A stretch of DNA of 64,000 nucleotides, from NCBI GenBank assembly GCA_943356745.1, contig CALRFT010000001.1:207193-271192 (forward strand), in the 5' to 3' direction. The translations under genes were made by a program, and so were the position numbers. Below are positions 1 to 7,888 of the stretch, piece by piece. This stretch comes from Parcubacteria group bacterium. Its GTDB lineage: Bacteria; Patescibacteriota; Minisyncoccia; Phycocordibacterales; CSBR16-119. Within the stretch, counting starts at the first letter, position 1, and each line of letters opens with the position of its first letter. The notes below the pieces were generated by a model that searched no databases, was not told where the DNA came from, and worked only from the letters and a program-made list of their open reading frames with translations.

Positions 1-240
1 AGGTTTTCCAGATGTTCTTTATTACACAAAAACCAATAATTCTTTATTGGTTAAAATTCCACTCCCTCAAGATCTTGAAAAAAAGAAACGTGTTGTCTTT
101 CTTTTTAAAACCGAAACAGGTATCGCCTTTGGAACAAAAAAATCAAGCAAACATTGGTACACATTTTATTTTAAAACAATGACATGGTTATCAAAACCAA
201 AAAAAGGTGGTCATGACAATGAAAATGATCTTTAAGAAAA

Positions 241-266
241 AAAACCGCAGACATGCGGTTTTTTTA
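241..266. terminator. Bidirectional rho-independent terminator hairpin (ACCGCA-gaca-TGCGGT) flanked by A-run and T-run
   Basis: Perfect 6-bp stem seen in sequence, A9 before and T7 after; lies just downstream of the mgtE stop (minus). Confidence 0.6.
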
Positions 267-1529
267 TACAACAAATATTGAAGCGAGTCCGAGGAAGATT
301 AAGAATCCCAAAACGTCTGTTGCTGTTGTCACAAATATGATTGCAGATGTCGCAGGATCTTTTCCAAAAGATTTCATAATCACAGGAACAAGAGCTCCAA
401 ACAAACCAGCAACAACGAGATTGAGGAGGAGTGCAATTCCGACAACAAGACCAAGAAGTGGACTATGATTTAAATATGAGGAAACAAAAGCAACAACGAC
501 TCCGACAATGAAGCCATTTAAAAATCCAGCTTTTACTTCTTTCCATATAGCTTGTCTCACATTCATAAGAGAAACCTCTCCCATGGTAATTCCTCGAACC
601 GTCACCGCAAGTGTTTGAGACGCTGCGTTTCCTCCCATACCCGCAACAATTGGCATATACATTGCAAGCAAGACAAATTCATTGAGAGTATTTTCAAACA
701 AACTCACGACCCAAGCCGCAAGAAATCCAGTCCCAAGGTTGATAAGGAGCCATTTATAGCGATGATCAACTTTTGAAATAACAGGGTCAAATACACGTTC
801 TGTATCTGAAACTCCAGCAAAATCATAGAGTGCCTCAGCTGCACCATTTTTAAAGAGTTTTAAAACATCGTCAACATAAATAATACCAATCACACTTCCA
901 TCGGTGTCAGTCACAACAACCTTCTTCTTTTGATTCTTTGTATTAAAAACCTTTTTAATTTCCTGAAGCGAAGCTTTGTAGTGAAGTGATACCACTGGTG
1001 TTATATATTTTTTAAGTTTTGCAGTATTTCTCTCACGAACAAGAGTTCCTGTTGGAACTTCACCAATACAAATTCCTTTTTCTTGAACAAGAACCTCAGG
1101 AGTTTTACCTGTTTCTTTATAGTGTGAATCAATCAGGTTTGAAACTTCTGTAATCGTTGCATTTGGAGAAAGTAAAATGTAGTTAAAGTTGAGGAGAGAA
1201 AATTCTGCCTTTGGAGAAAACTGCAAAAAGAATTCTGATTTTTCTTTAAGCTCTTGTTTCAAACGCCCCGCTACACTCTTTCGTTTCTTTTCATTTTTAA
1301 TACGAGCAAGAACTTTTCCTGCTTCATCAAGATCAAGCTGATCAACAAAGGCTACAAGCTCTTTGATTGAAAGTGATTCAAGAATTGTTTGTTGTACATG
1401 AGGAGAAAGCGAAAAAAATATTTCAACCTGAGATGGTGTGTCATATTTTCGAAACAAATCCAAACGACGAGACGCGTGATATGTCACGTCGTGAGAAATT
1501 TTTTGTATTTCTTGTTTGGAGTTCTTCAT
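264..1529 (-). CDS. mgtE: Magnesium transporter MgtE (N-terminal MgtE-N/CBS region plus C-terminal TM domain)
   Basis: 421-aa ORF; C-terminal motif PIVAGMGGNAASQTLAVTVRGITMGEV typical of MgtE; TGaTACAAT extended -10 box 9 nt upstream of ATG. Confidence 0.85.
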   Translation of the reverse strand: MKNSKQEIQKISHDVTYHASRRLDLFRKYDTPSQVEIFFSLSPHVQQTILESLSIKELVAFVDQLDLDEAGKVLARIKNEKKRKSVAGRLKQELKEKSEFFLQFSPKAEFSLLNFNYILLSPNATITEVSNLIDSHYKETGKTPEVLVQEKGICIGEVPTGTLVRERNTAKLKKYITPVVSLHYKASLQEIKKVFNTKNQKKKVVVTDTDGSVIGIIYVDDVLKLFKNGAAEALYDFAGVSDTERVFDPVISKVDHRYKWLLINLGTGFLAAWVVSLFENTLNEFVLLAMYMPIVAGMGGNAASQTLAVTVRGITMGEVSLMNVRQAIWKEVKAGFLNGFIVGVVVAFVSSYLNHSPLLGLVVGIALLLNLVVAGLFGALVPVIMKSFGKDPATSAIIFVTTATDVLGFLIFLGLASIFVV

Positions 1530-1593
1530 ACATGCAATATTGTATCATGAAAAAAAATTACAAATAAAAATCACTTCATGTGTGAAGTGATTT

Positions 1594-3066
1594 TTATTTT
1601 GCTAAATCTAAAATTTCATCGATACGAATTTGTTCCACAAATTCTGGAACGTGTGACACAAGAATCATCACACCTTGATATTCATCGAGTGCTTTTGCAA
1701 TCACAGGCAAGTGACGAAAATTGATGTGATTTGTTGGTTCATCAAGAATCAAAATTCCAGGACGTTCAATCACAAGACGAGCAAAGGCAACAAGACCTTT
1801 TTGCCCTTCTGACAAAAGACCAATCTTTGTTCCCACCATTTCTCGAGTAACAAGAAAACTTGCAAGTACAGCGCGAATTTTTTCTTCATCAACTCGCCCT
1901 GCAAGTTCAAACATTGCAGCAGCAAGAGACTCGTATGGAGTTTGATTGAAATCAAGAGTTGAAAAATCTTGTCTGTAGTATCCAATACGAACATTCTTAT
2001 CAATCACAACACCTTCTGCAGTTCCATTTGCAATTGATTCAAGAAGAGTACTTTTCCCTATTCCGTTTGGACCTTTCAAAAGAAGATGAGTTTTTTTCTT
2101 GAGTCGAAGTTCTACTTTCTTCTTTTTTGGAGTGTTGTTTTTAAGTACAGTAACAGAAGAAAAAGAAACAATATCTCCAGACATATCTTCTTGAGCTGGA
2201 ATAATAAAATCACGAATTGCCTTATCTTCTTTTCGAACATCAACTTTTTGATCTTCAAGTTCTTCTGCAAGATCTCGCATTCTTTTTGCCACTGCTCGAA
2301 GATTTCCCCCTTTCATCGCAAAGGCGTTTGCTTGTTCTTTTTTTGCTTGAATATTTTTTGAAAGAAGTGCATTTTGTCTATTCTCTCGTTCCATTCGCGC
2401 AGCAATTTGGTTTCGTACATCGGTATAGTCTCCGACATATTGTTCTATCTTTCGAGTGAAGACATCCAAGTACAACACAGCATCTGTGAAAGCATTCAAA
2501 AATTCCGCATCGTGAGAAATCACAATCACTGTCTTTCGGTAGTTAATCAAAAAGTCTGTAAGGTGCTCAATTCCTGCCTTATCAAGATTGTTTGTTGGTT
2601 CATCAAGCAAAAGAATATCTGGTTCTTGAATAAGTGCTGACGCAAGAAGAAGACGTGCTTGTTGTCCACCAGAAAATGATTTTACAATTCTGTCGTGGAT
2701 TGTTTCGTGACCCACCAAGTGAACAATCTCAAGAACTTCATCAATTCTTCGATCGATATCATATATTTTTTCTTTGAAACACTTTTGAAAAAAGTCTCGC
2801 ACGGTAAGTTCAAGTTCGTCTCGAGGAATTACCTGGCGTGAAAGTGCAACACTGATTTTGTTTGAAATATTAATCACCCCTTCATCTGGAGAAAAAGCTC
2901 CTGTCATGAGTCCGAAGAGTGTCGATTTCCCTGCTCCGTTTTGTCCCATGATAGTTACCTTCATTCCTCGACGCACAGAAAAAGAAACCTCATCCAAGAT
3001 GGGTTTATTTGGATTGTGTTCAAAAGACACATTTTCAAATCTGAGTATTACTTCTCCGTGTGACAT
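1594..3066 (-). CDS. ABC-F family ATPase (two tandem ABC domains, no TM domain; EttA/Uup/YheS-like)
   Basis: 490 aa; two Walker A motifs (GQNGAGKST, GPNGIGKST) and two LSGG signature motifs with a linker between them. Confidence 0.85.
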   Translation of the reverse strand: MSHGEVILRFENVSFEHNPNKPILDEVSFSVRRGMKVTIMGQNGAGKSTLFGLMTGAFSPDEGVINISNKISVALSRQVIPRDELELTVRDFFQKCFKEKIYDIDRRIDEVLEIVHLVGHETIHDRIVKSFSGGQQARLLLASALIQEPDILLLDEPTNNLDKAGIEHLTDFLINYRKTVIVISHDAEFLNAFTDAVLYLDVFTRKIEQYVGDYTDVRNQIAARMERENRQNALLSKNIQAKKEQANAFAMKGGNLRAVAKRMRDLAEELEDQKVDVRKEDKAIRDFIIPAQEDMSGDIVSFSSVTVLKNNTPKKKKVELRLKKKTHLLLKGPNGIGKSTLLESIANGTAEGVVIDKNVRIGYYRQDFSTLDFNQTPYESLAAAMFELAGRVDEEKIRAVLASFLVTREMVGTKIGLLSEGQKGLVAFARLVIERPGILILDEPTNHINFRHLPVIAKALDEYQGVMILVSHVPEFVEQIRIDEILDLAK

Positions 3067-3345
3067 AGACTGCTATACTATCCTAAAATGTCAAAAAAAG
3101 CGAGTAATATAAAAATCTCCGGTCTGGAGATTTTTATATTACTTTTTAGCCTTCTTTGGTTTTTTTACTTCTTTTCTTCGAGAATCATTTCCCTTTGCCA
3201 TAGATATAAGAAATTTAATGTAATAACGACACTTGTATTATACAACCTCTTTTACAGGAGAGGTTCTGTGTAAAACTTTTTTTGACAACTTGTTTCTTTT
3301 GATTGTGATATACTACAGGTAGTTATAAATTAACCTATTATCAGT

Positions 3346-3654
3346 ATGAACAAAGCAATTATCACAACCTTGATTGGTGGCGCAATTGTTGGAGGAGGAA
3401 TCATATATTCTCAATCTCGAGAAGGCAACGAAACACACTCAATCATTACTCTCCAGGGAGTTAACGCTTCTGGGGTTGAGCAGTCACTCACCTTTGATCA
3501 CAACAGTTGTAATTATTCTGATTCAACAGGAATTGTAATTGATGGACAAGCAAACTCTTCACAGGTTGAAGAAACCTGTATGCTTGGATCTGAATCAAAC
3601 CTCACCGAAAGCCAATTTAGCTGTGCTTTGGAATTTTGTAAAAATACCCCTTAA
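3346..3654 (+). CDS. Small membrane-anchored Cys-rich extracytoplasmic protein (paralog of 39712..40089)
   Basis: 102 aa; N-terminal TM helix; 4 Cys; C-terminal motif LTESQFSCALEFC shared with the 39712 ORF (LTEAQFECAINAC). Confidence 0.5.
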   Translation: MNKAIITTLIGGAIVGGGIIYSQSREGNETHSIITLQGVNASGVEQSLTFDHNSCNYSDSTGIVIDGQANSSQVEETCMLGSESNLTESQFSCALEFCKNTP

Positions 3655-3725
3655 ATATGGGGTATTTTTACTATATTTGACATATTTATATATATATTAT
3701 ATAATGCTTTTCAAATTCTAGACCT

Positions 3726-4055
3726 ATGAAAAAAGTAATCGTTCTTCTTGTAACAGGGTTCTTGCTTTTGTTCGCCAGAGGCGCTCAAGCTCAAGGAAGC
3801 CGTATTGGACTCTCTGTTCACAACGACAGTGTCACTGTCATTATCCTCAGTCTTGGTGAAGATGAGGAGGTTTTCTATAAGATTCAACCGAAAGACTCTG
3901 AGAATCCTCAGAAACAAAACACTCTTCCCCTTGAATTGGAGCAAACCTTCTTGATCCCACAATTTGCTCATGAGAAACCTCATGAACTTACAATCTTTAT
4001 CCAAAAAAAGGACGGGACTGTTGCAGAGGAAAAATCTTTTGAGATTGAACTTTAA
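3726..4055 (+). CDS. Secreted hypothetical protein (signal peptide MKKVIVLLVTGFLLLFARGAQA)
   Basis: 109-aa ORF with a clear Sec signal peptide, followed directly by a strong terminator. Confidence 0.5.
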   Translation: MKKVIVLLVTGFLLLFARGAQAQGSRIGLSVHNDSVTVIILSLGEDEEVFYKIQPKDSENPQKQNTLPLELEQTFLIPQFAHEKPHELTIFIQKKDGTVAEEKSFEIEL

Positions 4056-4058
4056 AAA

Positions 4059-4090
4059 GGGTTCGCGCTTTGCGCGAACCCTTTTTCTTT
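4059..4090. terminator. Bidirectional intrinsic terminator (GGGTTCGCGC-ttt-GCGCGAACCC + T-run)
   Basis: Perfect 10-bp GC-rich stem flanked by A5 and TTTTTCTTTTTCTTTT. Confidence 0.8.
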
Positions 4091-4095
4091 TTCTT

Positions 4096-4308
4096 TTACA
4101 ACTTCTCAATCTCCTTCAAATCCTTGTCAGGAATATACAAAATCAAAAGCCCAACAGCAACACCAACCACAGCAGTCCACGTGTGATCACCATTCCAAAA
4201 TAAGTCATCAACCCAATCGAGAATATACCAAACCCCTCTCCACACGAGCACAATACCAAGAATCGTGAGAAGATTTTTTCCAAGATGAATTTTTGTATGT
4301 TTTGCCAT
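4096..4308 (-). CDS. Small membrane protein, hypothetical
   Basis: 70-aa ORF with two hydrophobic segments, bracketed by terminators. Confidence 0.4.
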   Translation of the reverse strand: MAKHTKIHLGKNLLTILGIVLVWRGVWYILDWVDDLFWNGDHTWTAVVGVAVGLLILYIPDKDLKEIEKL

Positions 4309-4320
4309 GTGTATAGTATA

Positions 4321-4740
4321 TCAAACAAAAAGCTCACTTCGCGTGAGCTTTTCTTTTTGTTTGATTTTTGGTTTTGGGTCTTGAGTATCCTTTTGACCCG
4401 AGAACTTTTTTCTTTGTTTTTTCTTGAACATGAATAGCTCCAAAAAAATGAAGACTGAATGTGATGCATTTCTTGTTATGTATCTTTCCTTTTTTGGTTT
4501 ATAAACAACACCAAACGAATATCCCATATCTATTGCTTTTTGTTTCCAGACTTCAGAAACAACAAGATAGACAAAGTATGATTCTTGGTTTTGTTCTAGA
4601 AAATCAATGAAGTGTTCAAAATTTTTGAATCGAAAGTTCTGTTCTTCGATTTTGCATTTTTTACCATGCATTGAAAGAAGAAGTGTTTTCTGTCCAGCCC
4701 AAAGCGGATGGCGAGAAACCCAAAGAATGTTTTTCTGCAT
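4321..4740 (-). CDS. Hypothetical protein (C-terminus overlaps terminator hairpin 4327-4358)
   Basis: 139-aa ORF; no recognisable motifs; real start may be an internal Met. Confidence 0.3.
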   Translation of the reverse strand: MQKNILWVSRHPLWAGQKTLLLSMHGKKCKIEEQNFRFKNFEHFIDFLEQNQESYFVYLVVSEVWKQKAIDMGYSFGVVYKPKKERYITRNASHSVFIFLELFMFKKKQRKKFSGQKDTQDPKPKIKQKEKLTRSELFV

Positions 4741-4770
4741 ACAGAAAGGTAATGGTTTAGTTCCATTCTA

Positions 4771-5031
4771 TCACGAATCTGTCTTTTTAAAATATCGCAT
4801 TTTTTCTTCCCGAGAAAGCCTTTTAATCTCCGCTTCCCTCTTTCGAGACTCTGCATATGTTTCGCATGCTTCAAAATATTTCAAAGTCACAGGCCTTCTT
4901 ATTTTTGTATAGTGCGCACCGTTTTTTGAAGTGTTATGGTCTTTGACTCTTTTTTCAAGATTGTTGGTTGAGCCAGTATAGAGACTCCCGTCAGAGCATT
5001 CCAAAATGTATACAAAATATGATTGTTCCAT
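4771..5031 (-). CDS. GIY-YIG nuclease family protein (UPF0213-like)
   Basis: YFVYILECSDGSLYTGSTNNLEKRVKDHN ... RRPVTLKYFE ... KREAEIKRLSREEK matches the GIY-YIG/UPF0213 pattern; start set at the internal Met MEQSYF. Confidence 0.75.
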   Translation of the reverse strand: MEQSYFVYILECSDGSLYTGSTNNLEKRVKDHNTSKNGAHYTKIRRPVTLKYFEACETYAESRKREAEIKRLSREEKMRYFKKTDS

Positions 5032-5135
5032 AGGACTATTGTACTTTATATTTTGATTGAAAAAAGCCCCCATTTCGGGTAGGATATGAGTATTACTCAA
5101 TCACCCGTCTATATAAAGGGGGCTGTTGGTAATAT

Positions 5136-5206
5136 TGCCCGATCGTCTAGTGGTAGGACACCGGTTTCTGGCACCGGTAACTGGGGTTCGAATCCCTGTC
5201 GGGCAG
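5136..5206 (+). tRNA. tRNA-Gln (anticodon CUG)
   Basis: Cloverleaf drawn by hand: acceptor TGCCCGA/TCGGGCA (U1-A72, discriminator G as in tRNA-Gln), 3-bp D stem, anticodon stem CCGGT/ACCGG with loop TTCTGGC, T arm TGGGG-TTCGAAT-CCCTG; CCA not encoded. Confidence 0.7.
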
Positions 5207-5275
5207 CTGCACAAGATAATATGTTTCGAACTAGTTTTCTACTCTAATCTAGAGGGGTTTTGATATAATAAAAAT

Positions 5276-6007
5276 ATGGAAAAAATACCACAAGAAAATC
5301 CTAAGATTTTGAAAGAGAAAAAATGGGAAGAAGAAAAAATAATAGTTGATAATATAACAGATCGACTTGGTATGCATATTGATGATGGTATAAAAGATAC
5401 TGTTATAGCTTTGCGTCTTCTTGGTTTTGAAACAACACAATCTCATGAAGGAAAAATAGACAGAGTTGCATATCCTTATGTTGATATTTCAACAAGCAAA
5501 ACCCTGGAACAGTATGAAGCAAGGAGAAATACATATAAAACACAAGAATATAAAGATATTGAACATCAGATAGATATCATAAGAAAAGAAATTAACGAAT
5601 TACAAGAATCAGATTATCAAAAATATTTATTATTAGAAGAAGAAGAAAACAAACTTTTCGAAAAACTAGATGACTTAGCAATAGAAGACAAGATATATAA
5701 TCCTGAAATAGATAATGACGAAGATTTAAAAACACTTAAAACACAGATCAGAAAAGAGGATCTAGAAACAAAAAACCATCTACAGATACTATTGGATGAG
5801 TTTTATCAAGATAAAACCAGAGATGATATTTCATTAATAGTATTGAAATACTCACCATTTGGTATAACAAGAATATCAAATGAAGGATTAGATCTTCAAG
5901 AGACAGAGCAAGATGAAATAGCGAAAAAAGAAAGACTGTTAGCATTTCAAAAAGAAATGTTTGATTTTACGGAGTTTCTTAAGAGAAAGTATTTTGAAGT
6001 AAGTTAA
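5276..6007 (+). CDS. Acidic, Glu/Asp/Lys-rich coiled-coil-like hypothetical protein
   Basis: 243 aa; TGaTATAAT extended -10 box 7 nt before ATG (leaderless-type); terminator at 6009-6038. Confidence 0.5.
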   Translation: MEKIPQENPKILKEKKWEEEKIIVDNITDRLGMHIDDGIKDTVIALRLLGFETTQSHEGKIDRVAYPYVDISTSKTLEQYEARRNTYKTQEYKDIEHQIDIIRKEINELQESDYQKYLLLEEEENKLFEKLDDLAIEDKIYNPEIDNDEDLKTLKTQIRKEDLETKNHLQILLDEFYQDKTRDDISLIVLKYSPFGITRISNEGLDLQETEQDEIAKKERLLAFQKEMFDFTEFLKRKYFEVS

Positions 6008-6008
6008 T

Positions 6009-6038
6009 AAAAAACCGGATATGTATCCGGTTTTTTAT
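6009..6038 (+). terminator. Intrinsic terminator (ACCGGAT-atgt-ATCCGGT + T6)
   Basis: Perfect 7-bp stem followed by TTTTTT. Confidence 0.7.
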
Positions 6039-6075
6039 TTTTTAAAGGTTTTCCAAACCATGCTAAAATAAATAT

Positions 6076-6687
6076 ATGTCCCATAAAGATATTGATACCA
6101 AAAGAATGAAAATAGAGTCTGCGATTACTGAAACCCTAGAGAAAGTTCAAAATATTTTTAATGTATATGATGTGTCAGTTCATGTAATAGAAGATAAAGA
6201 AAAAATAATTCCTGAAACTGGAATCGGTGGTTTCACGCCAGATTCTCATACTATTTTTATATATTATGATTTAGAACATGAAAACTTTAAGAAAAATATA
6301 AAACAGGAAATCGCGAGTACTCTCAGTCATGAATTTCACCATGCAGTCCGAAATAGAACTTTCGATTGGACACAAGACACTTTGCTTGGAGCTATGGTGA
6401 CTGAAGGTTTAGCTGATCATTTTGATATTGAAATGAATAAAGGAAAACCAAAACCTTGGTCTCTAGCACTTTCAGATTCTAAAATAATAGAAATTGAAAA
6501 ACTTGCAGGTTTAGAATTCAACAATCGAGAATACAACCACAGTGACTGGTTTTTTGGGTCACAAGAAAAAAATATCCCAAAATGGGCAGGATATGCAATT
6601 GGTTTCAAGATTGTAAAAGAATATCTACAAAAAACCAACAAAAAAGCTTCTGAATTAGTATCCGAACCTGCAGAAATGTTTTTATAA
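6076..6687 (+). CDS. Predicted Zn-dependent protease-like protein (HExxH: SHEFHHAV), DUF2268-like
   Basis: 203 aa; HEFHH motif; family assignment from memory only. Confidence 0.5.
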   Translation: MSHKDIDTKRMKIESAITETLEKVQNIFNVYDVSVHVIEDKEKIIPETGIGGFTPDSHTIFIYYDLEHENFKKNIKQEIASTLSHEFHHAVRNRTFDWTQDTLLGAMVTEGLADHFDIEMNKGKPKPWSLALSDSKIIEIEKLAGLEFNNREYNHSDWFFGSQEKNIPKWAGYAIGFKIVKEYLQKTNKKASELVSEPAEMFL

Positions 6688-6716
6688 AAGCTTTCAAACC
6701 ATGCTACAATAAACAC

Positions 6717-7424
6717 ATGTCAGAAGAACGATTTAGACCAAAAAAACTTACCATCGAGGAAATTCGTGAAGGGTGTATTTATGCAAATAAGGGAAACGAA
6801 AAAGAAATTCGAATCTGTGCAATGGATGAAGAATTCCGACAAGGAATGAATACCATTGAAGAAACAGGACGAGCTGTTACCTTTTTTGGATCAGCGCGAA
6901 CACCAGTAGACGACCCATACTATCAAAAAGCAAAACGGCTCGCTGAACGGATTGCAAAAGAAACAGACTTTGCAGTGGTAACAGGTGGAGGACCTGGAGT
7001 CATGGGTGCTGGAAACGAAGGAGCCTACAAAGCTGGTGGAGAATCAATCGGATTTACCATCAAGCTTCCAATGGAACAAACTACAAATCCTTTTGTAACT
7101 CACGAAGTTCCTTTCTACTACTTCTTTACCCGAAAGGTTTCCATGACCTTTGCTGCGGACGCATTTCTTGCCTTCCCTGGCGGTTTTGGAACCATCGATG
7201 AGATTTCAGAAGTTCTCACACTTGTACAAACAGGAAAAATGGAAAAGCTTCCAATCATTCTTGTCGGGGTGGAATTCTGGACACCGCTTGTAGACTTCTT
7301 CAGAAAGACCATGCTTGAACAATACAAAACAATCTCTCCAGAAGATATGGATTTGTTTATCGTTACAGACGACGAAGACCTGATTTTGGAAACAATCAAA
7401 AAATCTCCAACTCGAGAGAAATAA
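6717..7424 (+). CDS. LOG family protein (TIGR00730 Rossmann-fold nucleotide-binding; cytokinin riboside 5'-monophosphate phosphoribohydrolase-like)
   Basis: Motifs GGGPGVMGAGNEGAYKAGGESIGF and PGGFGTIDEISEVLTLVQTGK characteristic of the LOG/YvdD family. Confidence 0.8.
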   Translation: MSEERFRPKKLTIEEIREGCIYANKGNEKEIRICAMDEEFRQGMNTIEETGRAVTFFGSARTPVDDPYYQKAKRLAERIAKETDFAVVTGGGPGVMGAGNEGAYKAGGESIGFTIKLPMEQTTNPFVTHEVPFYYFFTRKVSMTFAADAFLAFPGGFGTIDEISEVLTLVQTGKMEKLPIILVGVEFWTPLVDFFRKTMLEQYKTISPEDMDLFIVTDDEDLILETIKKSPTREK

Positions 7425-7455
7425 AATACACCTTACAAAAGGTGTATTTTATTTG
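7424..7455 (+). terminator. Intrinsic terminator (AATACACCT-tacaaa-AGGTGTATT + T-run)
   Basis: 9-bp perfect stem followed by TTTTATTT. Confidence 0.65.
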
Positions 7456-7516
7456 ACAAAAGACATAGAAGATAGATAATACATGGGAAATAAAGTACCA
7501 ATAAAAATCCAAAACC

Positions 7517-7831
7517 ATGGCAGAAGAAACAGTAACCAAAGAAAAACCAGAGAAAAGAATTCTTTTGTTTCCAACAGAGCAAAATGTACGAGAGGGACTT
7601 TTTGAAGCAACTGAATTCAGAACACTAACAGAAACTGGTCAGACAATCCTTGAGAAGATTATGTTTTCTAAACTCTCTTCATTTTTTGAAAACGACCTTC
7701 CTAACACCTTTGAATTTAAAGGAATACTGAAACGGGAAAATGAGTCTTTTTATGTTGAAGGAAGAATTGAAATTGGAACAAAAAAAGAAAGTTTTGTTCT
7801 AATCAATAAAGAACCCAAACAATTAGCATGA
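7517..7831 (+). CDS. Hypothetical protein
   Basis: 104-aa ORF with terminator at 7861-7888; upstream CCAAAACCATG resembles the motif upstream of the previous two genes. Confidence 0.4.
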   Translation: MAEETVTKEKPEKRILLFPTEQNVREGLFEATEFRTLTETGQTILEKIMFSKLSSFFENDLPNTFEFKGILKRENESFYVEGRIEIGTKKESFVLINKEPKQLA

Positions 7832-7860
7832 GACTTTTCAGATTGTGCGGATAGCAAAAA

Positions 7861-7888
7861 TGACAGGGATATTCCTGTCATTTTTTTA
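7861..7888. terminator. Bidirectional terminator (TGACAGG-gatatt-CCTGTCA + T7) shared by the 7517 gene (+) and pyrG (-)
   Basis: 7-bp perfect stem, A5 upstream, T7 downstream; pyrG stop codon abuts it. Confidence 0.7.

Noticed and set aside
4596-4912. Overlapping ORFs 4596..4874 (-) and 4607..4912 (+)
   Set aside because: They overlap the better-supported GIY-YIG and 4321..4740 ORFs in other frames and have no motifs. The possibility of a frameshifted GIY-YIG C-terminus was considered but could not be supported.
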